Assembly (NCBI GenBank): GCA_045586045.1
Contig: JAZMZQ010000088.1
Location: forward strand, 1-44,891
Origin: Eubacteriales bacterium
GTDB taxonomy: Bacteria; Bacillota; Clostridia; Oscillospirales; QAKW01
Direction: 5' to 3'
DNA: 44,891 nt
The notes below the pieces were generated by a model. The model made no database searches. It was given only the letters and a program-made list of their open reading frames with translations, and was not told where the DNA came from. Made by a program: the position numbers and the translations under genes. Below, piece by piece: positions 1 through 7,660 of the stretch (the first letter of the stretch is position 1; each line of letters begins with the position of its first letter).

Positions 1-456
1 GGCAGTGCTCTCCAAAACCACCGCCTGCTGCGTATCGGCAAAAATCCAATGAAGGGGGGAAGGGGGCAGATCTTGGCGGAACGGGGAATCGGTGATATTG
101 AGGTTTTCAATCAGCGCACGCAGCTCAGAAAGGGAGGCGCAGCGCCCCAATAGATAGGGGATCAGCTCAAAAGAAGCGAGGTTCAGCGCACCTTTTCGGG
201 GCGGGAAATAATGGGCATTGCCCCCAAAGGCAAGGGCGGCACCGTATAGACCATGCTCGTTCATGGCATCATAATAAAGAGGGAAATCCTCTTGCACAAA
301 GGCCATCCCGATCAGGGCATGATGGGTTGAAAGAGCCCCTTCATGCCGCAAGGGGAGAAAAGCATTGCGGGGAAAGATGGTTCCCTCTTCGGTATAAGAA
401 AATTCATAGTCCAGCGTGCGGCCGCAATAAGGGCCGCGGCAGATGGCGGTACACAT
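1..456 (-). CDS. Choloylglycine hydrolase family protein (bile-salt hydrolase / penicillin V acylase type Ntn hydrolase), first 152 codons only; gene runs off the left edge
   Basis: Not in the ORF track (no stop inside window). Minus strand from ATG 456-454, AAGGAG 8 nt upstream, reads MCTAICRGPYCGRTLDYEFSYTEEG...PLHWIFADTQQAVVLES. The Met-Cys start (Cys2 nucleophile), GR.LD and PLHW blocks are hallmarks of this family. Confidence 0.8.
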   Translation of the reverse strand, partial: MCTAICRGPYCGRTLDYEFSYTEEGTIFPRNAFLPLRHEGALSTHHALIGMAFVQEDFPLYYDAMNEHGLYGAALAFGGNAHYFPPRKGALNLASFELIPYLLGRCASLSELRALIENLNITDSPFRQDLPPSPLHWIFADTQQAVVLESTA

Positions 457-484
457 AGAATCAACTCCTTTCTTCTTTATTATA

Positions 485-518
485 AACAAAAAAATGACCC
501 CAAATCATTTGGGGTCAT
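485..518 (-). terminator. Rho-independent terminator after the XRE::GpsA gene
   Basis: Inverted repeat ATGACCCCAAAT / ATTTGGGGTCAT (494-518), followed on the minus strand by a T-run. Lies 5 nt after the stop at 523. Confidence 0.7.
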
Positions 519-522
519 AAAA

Positions 523-1740
523 TCAGAATTCATTTTTTAAGGAGCGGTCAAAGAGCTGCTCCAAAGCCATAAGGGCATCTGCTCCTTCATAGAGGATGCG
601 ATAGACTGCATCGCAGATCGGCAGCTCAACGCCGTAGGCCTTGGAAAGATTATGAAGAGCTTTGACTGTATAATAGCCCTCCGCCAGTTTGGTATAGGGC
701 GTTTTTTCAACAACGCTCTTGCCAAAGGCTAAATTTTGAGAATGGGCGGAGAAAAGGGTTGCTTCATAATCTCCCAAATGGCAAAGGCCGTAGGCGCTCA
801 TGCTCTTGCCGCCCATGGCGGCGATCAGTTCGGAGATCTCGCGGGTACCGCGTGCCATCAGTGCACCCTTTAGGGAGCTGCGTCCGGCACCCTCCAGCAT
901 TCCCGCGGCAATGCCGATAACATTTTTGGCTGCTGCACCGATTTCATTGCCGATCAGATCGGTGCCGTAATAAAAGCGGATCAAATCGCTGGAGAATAAG
1001 CGAATCAATTCATCTTTCAAAAATTCATCGGTACTATCAATGACCATGCAGTTCGGAACGCCTTTATAAAACTCCTGCACATGCCCCGGCCCCAGCCAGA
1101 CGGCAATGCGATTGCTTTCCGGCAGAATATCGCTCACGACCTGAGAGAGGCGCCGCCCGCCTTCAATTTCCAGCCCCTTCATGCAAAGGACAATCCTTTT
1201 CCCCTCGATACCAAGGGTCAAAAGCGCCTCTGCCACGCTTCGCAGCTGCTGGGCGCTTACCGAGATGATCAAAATGTCCGCCTCTTTCGCGCCCTGCAGA
1301 TCATCGGACAGGACAATGGATTCCGGCAGGCGAATCTGGTCGTTGCGGCGGGTTTTTCGCAGGCGGGCAAGGTTTAGGGAACCTTTGCGGCCATAAAGGC
1401 AGACATGATGACCGATCCGATCCAAATACCAAGAAAGAAAACTGCCCCATCGGCCGCAACCAACGACAAAGACCCGATGAGCCGCCCTTTCCTTTTTTTG
1501 AAAATGGATTTTTTTCCGCTTCCTTAAAGAATCGAGATCTGCTTTTAAGATCTCGTTGATGGTGATATCGTAGATCTCTGAAAGCTTCAGCAGCATGGCG
1601 ATATCGGGAATAGAGGCGCCGGTTTCCCATTTGGAAATTGCCTGACGAGAGACCTGCAAGCGAGAAGCAAGCTCCTCTTGGGTGATCTTATAATATTTTC
1701 TGAGGGCCGAAAGGTAAAGCCCTATCTTTTGATTGTTCAT
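523..1740 (-). CDS. XRE-family HTH domain fused to an NAD(P)H-dependent glycerol-3-phosphate dehydrogenase (GpsA-like) domain
   Basis: N-terminus ITQEELASRLQVSRQAISKWETG (XRE HTH). Then Rossmann VFVVGCGRWGS, MKGLE, GAAAKNVIGIAAGM and HLGDYEATLFSAHSQN, matching GpsA blocks. The ORF opens with GTG at 1749; ATG at 1740 sits 6 nt after GAGGTG and is preferred. Confidence 0.8.
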   Translation of the reverse strand: MNNQKIGLYLSALRKYYKITQEELASRLQVSRQAISKWETGASIPDIAMLLKLSEIYDITINEILKADLDSLRKRKKIHFQKKERAAHRVFVVGCGRWGSFLSWYLDRIGHHVCLYGRKGSLNLARLRKTRRNDQIRLPESIVLSDDLQGAKEADILIISVSAQQLRSVAEALLTLGIEGKRIVLCMKGLEIEGGRRLSQVVSDILPESNRIAVWLGPGHVQEFYKGVPNCMVIDSTDEFLKDELIRLFSSDLIRFYYGTDLIGNEIGAAAKNVIGIAAGMLEGAGRSSLKGALMARGTREISELIAAMGGKSMSAYGLCHLGDYEATLFSAHSQNLAFGKSVVEKTPYTKLAEGYYTVKALHNLSKAYGVELPICDAVYRILYEGADALMALEQLFDRSLKNEF

Positions 1741-1830
1741 TCCATTCACCTCTTTTTTATTTTATCGCAAAAAGGGAAAAGAATCCAGCAACTTTTATTT
1801 GCATCATCCCCCAAAATGCAACCGCAGGCA

Positions 1831-1860
1831 TTTTGATATCATGATATCATGATATCAAAA
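1831..1860. promoter_or_regulatory. Perfect 30-bp palindrome (three GATATC cores), candidate operator
   Basis: TTTTGATATCATGATATCATGATATCAAAA equals its own reverse complement. Lies 91-120 nt upstream of the XRE::GpsA start and downstream of the neighbouring terminator. Confidence 0.5.
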
Positions 1861-1871
1861 TCCATTGAGGA

Positions 1872-1902
1872 AAAGAAAAAAGACCCTAAGAAGGGTCTTT
1901 TT
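1872..1902 (-). terminator. Rho-independent terminator after the GpsA-like gene
   Basis: Stem AAGACCCT / AGGGTCTT, loop AAGA, T-run on the minus strand (also T-rich on plus). Lies 11 nt after the stop at 1913. Confidence 0.7.
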
Positions 1903-1912
1903 GAAGGATGCA

Positions 1913-2965
1913 TTATTTATTATAAGTGAAGGTGAATGCTTCCCAAGGCAGATCGACCGGCTTTTTCTCGGTAATGATCTCGTCCACATGCATGAGCAGG
2001 GGGAAATCGGCGGGGTTCAGCTTACCCAGCTTTGCGGCGGTTTTGATGGCCTTGGCCACCCGCTCTGCAACAACGAGGGATTCGAGGGTTACGCCGTTGA
2101 GCTCCGCTTTGGCTTCGTCGATATTGAGGCCGCGCCCCAAGAGGATGCCGACCAAGCGGGTTCTGCCGCCATAGACGGTAACATAAAGGTCGCCGTAGCC
2201 GACGGACATATTCTCCAAAGTGGCTGCGCCCTGATAATCCAGCAGCTTATACATCTCTTTTACTGCCTGACCGAAGATGGCGGCCTGAGAGTTGAAATGG
2301 AGCTCGCTATCGATGCCATGCTCTTTCTGGTTGAGGCCGATGGTCAGGGCAATGCCGAGGGCATAGCCGTTTTTGAGAGCAACAGCACTCTCGATACCGG
2401 TTACATCGGTGGAGAGGCTGATATGATAATAATCGGTGGCCATGATGGCTTTCATCTTTTCCAGAATCTTCATATCGGTGCCGCAGAAGGCAACCTCCGA
2501 TTGATCGTGGAAGACCAGCTCATAGCTGGTGCAGGGACCGCCGATGGCGTTGATGGAAAGCTTTTTGCCGATCTTTCTCATCATTTCATTCCATACATCG
2601 GGATAGGTCAGCAGTTTGCCGTCCTCCGTATTGACCAAGCCTTTGGTAACGCTCAATACGGGGATCTCTTCGGGAACCTTGGGCAGCACATGAGTGCCAA
2701 ACCAATCCACACCGAAGCTGGATACACCGCCGATGATCATATCGGCGCCTTGGATGGCCTCTTCCATCTCTTCGATCTGATAATACTTCAGCCCTGCGGG
2801 GAAGGGACGGGTAAATTTGGGATGCTGATCGGTGGCCTTGCAAGCCTCGATGATCTCCCGATCCAAGTGGGTGCCTACCAAGCGCACCTCATGCCCATTC
2901 TCTCTTGCGGGGAAAGCAAGAGCAGAGCCCATCATGCCGGAGCCGATAATGGTTACGATTGCCAT
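1913..2965 (-). CDS. NAD-dependent glycerol-3-phosphate dehydrogenase family protein (second GpsA-like paralog)
   Basis: MAIVTIIGSGMMGSALA Rossmann start, TKGL, GGPCTSYEL and GIESAVALKNGYALG blocks parallel GpsA. AAGGAG lies 8 nt upstream of ATG 2965. Confidence 0.7.
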   Translation of the reverse strand: MAIVTIIGSGMMGSALAFPARENGHEVRLVGTHLDREIIEACKATDQHPKFTRPFPAGLKYYQIEEMEEAIQGADMIIGGVSSFGVDWFGTHVLPKVPEEIPVLSVTKGLVNTEDGKLLTYPDVWNEMMRKIGKKLSINAIGGPCTSYELVFHDQSEVAFCGTDMKILEKMKAIMATDYYHISLSTDVTGIESAVALKNGYALGIALTIGLNQKEHGIDSELHFNSQAAIFGQAVKEMYKLLDYQGAATLENMSVGYGDLYVTVYGGRTRLVGILLGRGLNIDEAKAELNGVTLESLVVAERVAKAIKTAAKLGKLNPADFPLLMHVDEIITEKKPVDLPWEAFTFTYNK

Positions 2966-3111
2966 AAGTTTATTCTCCTTTTTGAAAAAGTTCTTGCAAT
3001 TTTTTGCATAAATCCTATAATTAGTCTATAAGAAACCCCAAAAACTGTCAAGAGTTGGCGGCAAAGTTGAAAAAATGAAAGAACTTTTTCAAATTGATAG
3101 GAGAGCGCGGG

Positions 3112-3801
3112 ATGAAAAGAGAAGAAATCATCTTAAATTATTTAGAGGAGCGGCAGTTTGCCTCCATTGCGGAGCTTGCCAAAGCCATTTTTACCAGCGA
3201 AGCCACGGTGCGCCGTTGCGTCAAGGAGCTGGAGCGGCAGGGCTATTTGAAGGCGGTTTATGGCGGAGTGGTACGGGCTGAATATCAAAAGCAGCCGGTC
3301 CCCATCGACCTGCGGGACGGGGAAAACCATGCCGCAAAAGAACGCCTCGGCGCGCGGGCGGCGGCGATGATCGAGGATCATAGCACCATCCTCTTAGATA
3401 GCTCCACCACCGCCCGCCGCATCTGCAAGCATATTGGGGATCGGGAGGGGCTGACCGTGATCACCAGCTCCCTTCGGGTCTGCCGAGAGCTCAAAGACAG
3501 CCCCATTCGGGTGGTCTGCACCGGCGGAACGCTGCTGCCCCGCAGAGAGTGCTTTGCAGGGCATTTTGCGGAAGAGTTTGTAAGCAAAATTAAGGCGGAT
3601 TATTTCTTTTTCTCCGCTCAAGGGCTCTCTCAAAACGGCGATATCACCGATAGCTCGGAGGAAGAGATCGCCCTGCGCAAGGCCATGCTCTCAGCCTCTA
3701 AAAACAGCGTTTTCCTCTGCGATCCTTCCAAAGAGGGAAAAGATTTCCCCTTCACCGTCTGCAATGTTGCGGAATTAACGGCGGTGTTGAAGGATGAATA
3801 A
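3112..3801 (+). CDS. DeoR/GlpR-family transcriptional regulator
   Basis: N-terminal winged HTH (REEIILNYLEERQFASIAELAKAIFTSEATVRRCVKELERQGYL) plus a DeoR C-terminal sugar-phosphate sensor region. ATG 3112 follows GGAGAG; the track start at 3094 is TTG. Confidence 0.8.
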   Translation: MKREEIILNYLEERQFASIAELAKAIFTSEATVRRCVKELERQGYLKAVYGGVVRAEYQKQPVPIDLRDGENHAAKERLGARAAAMIEDHSTILLDSSTTARRICKHIGDREGLTVITSSLRVCRELKDSPIRVVCTGGTLLPRRECFAGHFAEEFVSKIKADYFFFSAQGLSQNGDITDSSEEEIALRKAMLSASKNSVFLCDPSKEGKDFPFTVCNVAELTAVLKDE

Positions 3802-3804
3802 GAG

Positions 3805-3846
3805 AACCCCCACTGTTTCCTGTCGGAAACAGTGGGGGTTTGTTTG
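3805..3846. terminator. Bidirectional terminator between convergent genes
   Basis: 16-bp stem AACCCCCACTGTTTCC / GGAAACAGTGGGGGTT, loop TGTC, T-rich tail. Confidence 0.8.
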
Positions 3847-3866
3847 AATATTATTTAGCCTTCGGA

Positions 3867-4991
3867 TCAGCGACCGCCATAGGGAACATAACCACCGCAT
3901 GTTAGGCCGCTTCCATTGTTTTTTATATGAGAAGGACAGTGCTTGGAATTGGCGCAACTGGCGCAACGGGCAACTCCTGCGGAGCGAGTTCGTGCCTCGG
4001 CGTTTTGGCGATCTCTGCGCTCTTTATCAGCCTGAATTTTAGCATCCCAAGCGGCCTTTTGTGCCAGCTTCTCGGCAGCTTTTGACTGCTCTCTTGCTTG
4101 ATTTTCCATGGCACGATCGTGGGCGGCCTGTTGGCGTTCCATCTGCTCGTTATGACGGCGCTCTTCGGCGGCCTGCTGAGCGAGGATTTGCGTTCTGCGT
4201 TCTTCAGCTGCGATTCTGGCTGCGCGCTCTTTCTCCTCTTGCTCCTCTCGGATTGCCATATTCAGCGCTTCTTTATAGCTATCGGCCCTGCCGGTAGTCA
4301 GCAGGTCGATAATGGGAGAGATTAAGTGATAATATTGCACAGGCATAAAATCATAAGTCTGTGTTTTTTCTAATGTGGCGTCGTAACGCTCGGCCGCCTC
4401 TTTTTTATTAGCAACCCAACAATCTAATGCTTCAGTAGAATCCTTATAGGCCACACTGTGCATCGCTGAAAACAAGATCATGTCATCAAGTGCCTTGGCT
4501 TTTTCACTCTCATAATTTGCAAGACTGTCTTTATAGGCAGCCATGGTTTTATTGAAGGTAGAGAGGGAAGCATCATATTCCTTCTTTCGCTCGGCATACT
4601 TTTTATTCTCTGAGCGGTACATTAAACCGGTGATGACAGAGGCAAAGACGCCGATGGTAGCGAAGGTATTAAGATTCGTATTATGGGTGATGAAATAGAT
4701 CATCAGCAGAAGAACCGTTACCGCAAGAACACCAAAAAAGAGTTTCTTTCTGGACTTCGCAGATCTTTCAAGGCCTGCAAAGTTGCCTTTCTCTGTGGGG
4801 AAAACAGGAAGATTATTAAATACAGATGGGGCAGCCGGAAACTCACCGCGACCGACCTTTGCAAGTTCGATTTTTGTTAATGCCTCTTTTACTGAACCGA
4901 CCTCAATATAATTTTTGATCTCCTGTGCTTCATAGATAAGCGTTTGGAGTTCATAAAGCTGTTCGACGATCTGCTTGTTATCGTTACTCAC
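3867..4991 (-). CDS. Unknown 2-TM coiled-coil protein with an E/R/Q-rich helix and a Cys-rich C-terminal tail ('B1', paralog of 40000-41010)
   Basis: GTG start 4991 overlaps the upstream stop (GTGA); GGAGGTG lies upstream. TM hairpin LFFGVLAVTVLLLMIYFI / FATIGVFASVITGLMY. Blocks GRADSYKEALNMAI and RRHNEQMERQQ; tail CASCANSKHCPSH...LTCGGY. Confidence 0.75.
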   Translation of the reverse strand: MSNDNKQIVEQLYELQTLIYEAQEIKNYIEVGSVKEALTKIELAKVGRGEFPAAPSVFNNLPVFPTEKGNFAGLERSAKSRKKLFFGVLAVTVLLLMIYFITHNTNLNTFATIGVFASVITGLMYRSENKKYAERKKEYDASLSTFNKTMAAYKDSLANYESEKAKALDDMILFSAMHSVAYKDSTEALDCWVANKKEAAERYDATLEKTQTYDFMPVQYYHLISPIIDLLTTGRADSYKEALNMAIREEQEEKERAARIAAEERRTQILAQQAAEERRHNEQMERQQAAHDRAMENQAREQSKAAEKLAQKAAWDAKIQADKERRDRQNAEARTRSAGVARCASCANSKHCPSHIKNNGSGLTCGGYVPYGGR

Positions 4992-5539
4992 TGCTTTTCA
5001 CCTCCTACGCGGGCATAATCAAAGAGCCATACCAATTCTTTCTGGATAAAGGAAAGCGATGGGTCAATGCTGAAGACTTCGGGGTCCACCACATAGGATT
5101 CGTCGTGTTCGATAAATTGATGCTTCAGCTCATCCAGCTTATTCAAATAGGCATTTTCAGTGAAAAGCTTGATGTCGTAGATCCATTCGGTGGTGTTCAT
5201 GGGATTGGCGATCTCATGCAGGATAGACATCAAAATGCAGAAGGTTTTTTCATTAGAGTGGGGGCGTTTTGCATTTTTAAGATATGCCACATAAGGGTTC
5301 TTTTTGGGATCGATAAGGTCCGGATATTTTGCATAAGGAAGATCGGATGCATGTACTCCATCGGCCAAAAGAAATGCGATCTTAAAAAGAAGATTATCCT
5401 TTTCCAACGCCTCTACGGCGATGGTCCTTAAGTAGGAATAGATAAAGATAGAACGTTCTTCCAAAGTTGTGAGCTTTTGATAGCTTTCTACACCCTCGGG
5501 CGAGAAAAACCATTGGGAATCTTTTTTGATTAAATCCAT
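4988..5539 (-). CDS. Unknown soluble protein ('A1', paralog of 41000-41593)
   Basis: 183 aa with no TM segment. Shares LEERSIFIYSYL, YPDLIDPKKNPYVAYL and FCILMSILHEIANP....WIYD blocks with A2. Its stop overlaps the B1 start. Confidence 0.75.
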   Translation of the reverse strand: MDLIKKDSQWFFSPEGVESYQKLTTLEERSIFIYSYLRTIAVEALEKDNLLFKIAFLLADGVHASDLPYAKYPDLIDPKKNPYVAYLKNAKRPHSNEKTFCILMSILHEIANPMNTTEWIYDIKLFTENAYLNKLDELKHQFIEHDESYVVDPEVFSIDPSLSFIQKELVWLFDYARVGGEKQ

Positions 5540-5555
5540 GGTTTATCGACCTTTC

Positions 5556-6065
5556 TTATTTTTTAGCGTCCCACATATTGTGGGCTTTGAGAAAAGCAAT
5601 AAATTTTTGCTCACTTTCCTTGTCAATGTGATCTACAAAGGTAAAGATAAAGGTGCGGATGTGATGGTATTTATTATCATTGTTTTGCTCGGTTGTACCA
5701 TCGCTGTTGATCTGAGTGTTGGATTTTAAGCCGATTTGCTTTTTGAGCAGTGCCACTATGAATTTATCGTCCTTCGGGGTGGTTAATTCGATGGTGCAGG
5801 ATTCGCCGTCTGCAAAATCAAGAGAAACGGTTACTATATCGTCGGTAGAATCTACATAATGCAGCATCGTTGCTTCACTGCCGATGTTGTAACGACCGGT
5901 GGTTTCCTTGCCATCCAGAAAAATAATTTGAGTAAACTTATCAACAGTCGTTACCTTGTTGCTCGGATCGTTGCCCAGAGCAACCTGATTACCCTTATGC
6001 TTTCCTTCGGTAACATTACCGTACTTGGTGGCAAGAGTAGCACCCAATTTTTCCATAAATCCCAT
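5556..6065 (-). CDS. Hypothetical protein, first gene of the A1/B1 operon (no counterpart in the second module)
   Basis: 169-aa ORF. AGAGG lies 6 nt upstream of ATG 6065. It ends 17 nt before A1. No recognisable motif. Confidence 0.6.
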   Translation of the reverse strand: MGFMEKLGATLATKYGNVTEGKHKGNQVALGNDPSNKVTTVDKFTQIIFLDGKETTGRYNIGSEATMLHYVDSTDDIVTVSLDFADGESCTIELTTPKDDKFIVALLKKQIGLKSNTQINSDGTTEQNNDNKYHHIRTFIFTFVDHIDKESEQKFIAFLKAHNMWDAKK

Positions 6066-6185
6066 TTTATACCTCTTTCTGCCGAGTCGGTCGGCGGTTG
6101 ATTTTTTGTATGAAAGAAACTACTTTCATATGATTAGTCTTATTTTATCAAAGGTATTTTGGAAAGTCTTATGCTGAGAGCATAG

Positions 6186-6214
6186 TTGAAAAAAATTGTC
6201 GATTATGGTATGCT
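6186..6214 (+). promoter_or_regulatory. Sigma-A-type promoter for the HTH / LRR / kinase operon
   Basis: TTGAAA (6186-6191), 17-nt spacer, TGgTATGCT extended -10 (6206-6214). This places the track's TTG start at 6186 inside the promoter. Confidence 0.5.
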
Positions 6215-6248
6215 GATAGCAAAGTATGTAAAAATAGTGAGGAAAAAG

Positions 6249-6671
6249 ATGAGTAAGGATACATCTAAGATTGTGGAAGAGCTGGGCCTTTGCTCGGATT
6301 TTAAGACATTTTATCATGAGAACAACGATTATATGATGCAAGAGAGTCTTTCTGATCTTTTGGCGCAGCTGATGGAGAAAAAAGGGCTGAAGAAGACAAA
6401 GGTCATCAAGGCGTCGGAGCTCTCGGAGGTCTATGCCTATCAGATCTTCTCGGGCCTTCGAGTTCCCGAGCGCAAAAAGCTTTTGAGCCTTGCGGTAGGG
6501 ATGGAACTGAATATTGAGGAGACCCAGAAGCTTTTGAGGTGCGCGGGGTTTGCTCCTTTATATGTAAAGCTGCCTTTCGACAGCATAATCCTTTACGGCC
6601 TTTGCAAAGGCCTTTCGGTGGTGGAGATCAACGATCTACTCTTTGAATATGAGCAGGAGACCTTAGGATGA
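6249..6671 (+). CDS. XRE-like HTH protein
   Basis: ATG 6249 follows GAGGAAAAAG. HTH-like core [49 protein letters not shown]. The stop overlaps the next start (ATGA). Confidence 0.65.
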   Translation: MSKDTSKIVEELGLCSDFKTFYHENNDYMMQESLSDLLAQLMEKKGLKKTKVIKASELSEVYAYQIFSGLRVPERKKLLSLAVGMELNIEETQKLLRCAGFAPLYVKLPFDSIILYGLCKGLSVVEINDLLFEYEQETLG

Positions 6672-7660
6672 GAGAATGTCCTTATTGCGGAGCAAAAATT
6701 GAAGAAAATGCCAAGATCTGCCTCTACTGCATGGAGGAGCTGGAGGAAAAGACCATCCTCGGCAGCAGAGTGGTCGCGCCATGGCGCAGATGGATCCTGC
6801 CGACTGTTTTTTCAATGGTAATCCTTTTGCAGCTGGCGGCGATTTTGATGCTGCTGCCCCATCGGGAGCAGATAGTTGCACCACCCTCGGAGGAGGCAAT
6901 GAAGCAGGAGGAAGAGGCGAAGGTGGATCAGGTTGTGGAAAAGGAAGATTCTGCGCCGGAAAAGGAAGAACCTGCGCCGGAAAAGGAAGAACAGGGCGAA
7001 GCGGAGAAGAGTGATGGGGATAAAGAAGAAGAGAAAAAGCCGACCTCTTCCGGCGGCAGTACCTCTAAGCCCGATCCCGATCCCGATCCCGAGCCCGAAC
7101 CTGAACCGGAGCCGGAACCGGAGCCGGAACCCGAACCCGAGCCTGAACCCGAACCCGAGCCTGAACCGGAGCCTGAACCGGAGCCCGAGCCGGCACCCTA
7201 TCAGGCACCGGAATATACATGGATAGAAATTGGAGATATTGTTGCTCCTGTATATCTGGATTTTCTTAGAAACAGTGTAGAGATTACGGGAGTGAAGACT
7301 CCCGCTTCCGATGGCATTTATCGGATTCCTGATACCATTGAGGGAAAGCGAGTATCCTCGATTGCAAGGGATGCCTTTAAGGGGGAGGGCATCGCCGAAA
7401 CGGTCAAGCAGATCTATCTGCCGGAGAACTTAAAGCAGGTTGGTGGCAACGCCTTTTCGGAATGTTATAATCTGACAGATCTTTATAAGACCGGCGATAC
7501 TCTTGCTATGGAATATAATGTTTTTCCGCCTCTGGTGCGCAGAACCGGACCCATCACCTTCCATTGTTCGCGTCTTTGCAACTATCCGGGGGATGGGACT
7601 CTCTATTGGCCGCGTGTAGAGCAACAATATAATGTTTTATATGAGGAGTGGAACGGATGA
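6668..7660 (+). CDS. Zinc-ribbon / single-TM / E,K-rich + (PD)3(PE)n linker / BspA-type leucine-rich-repeat protein
   Basis: [18 protein letters not shown] zinc ribbon; [24 protein letters not shown]; about 40 aa of strict P-D/P-E dipeptides. C-terminus [20 protein letters not shown]...[24 protein letters not shown] resembles BspA-like LRRs. Confidence 0.7.
   Translation: MRECPYCGAKIEENAKICLYCMEELEEKTILGSRVVAPWRRWILPTVFSMVILLQLAAILMLLPHREQIVAPPSEEAMKQEEEAKVDQVVEKEDSAPEKEEPAPEKEEQGEAEKSDGDKEEEKKPTSSGGSTSKPDPDPDPEPEPEPEPEPEPEPEPEPEPEPEPEPEPEPEPEPAPYQAPEYTWIEIGDIVAPVYLDFLRNSVEITGVKTPASDGIYRIPDTIEGKRVSSIARDAFKGEGIAETVKQIYLPENLKQVGGNAFSECYNLTDLYKTGDTLAMEYNVFPPLVRRTGPITFHCSRLCNYPGDGTLYWPRVEQQYNVLYEEWNG
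7070..7192 (+). repeat. Hexanucleotide (CCN-GAN) tract, about 20 units, encoding the (PD)3(PE)n linker
   Basis: Direct reading: cccgat x3, then cccgag/cccgaa/cctgaa/ccggag variants in frame. Perfect at protein level, synonymously scrambled at DNA level. Confidence 0.9.

Noticed and set aside
343-540. 65-aa plus-strand ORF at the left end
   Set aside because: It overlaps the 5' end of the choloylglycine hydrolase gene read on the minus strand, and it overlaps the terminator hairpin. It has no RBS.
1865-3031. 388-aa plus-strand ORF overlapping the GpsA-like gene. Similar antisense ORFs occur at 9147-10190, 13422-14285, 14415-15077, 15613-16293, 35705-36421, 36455-37594 and 43231-34 region
   Set aside because: Each is antisense to a gene with clear family motifs and an RBS. 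The translations lack recognisable domains. I treat them as frame shadows.
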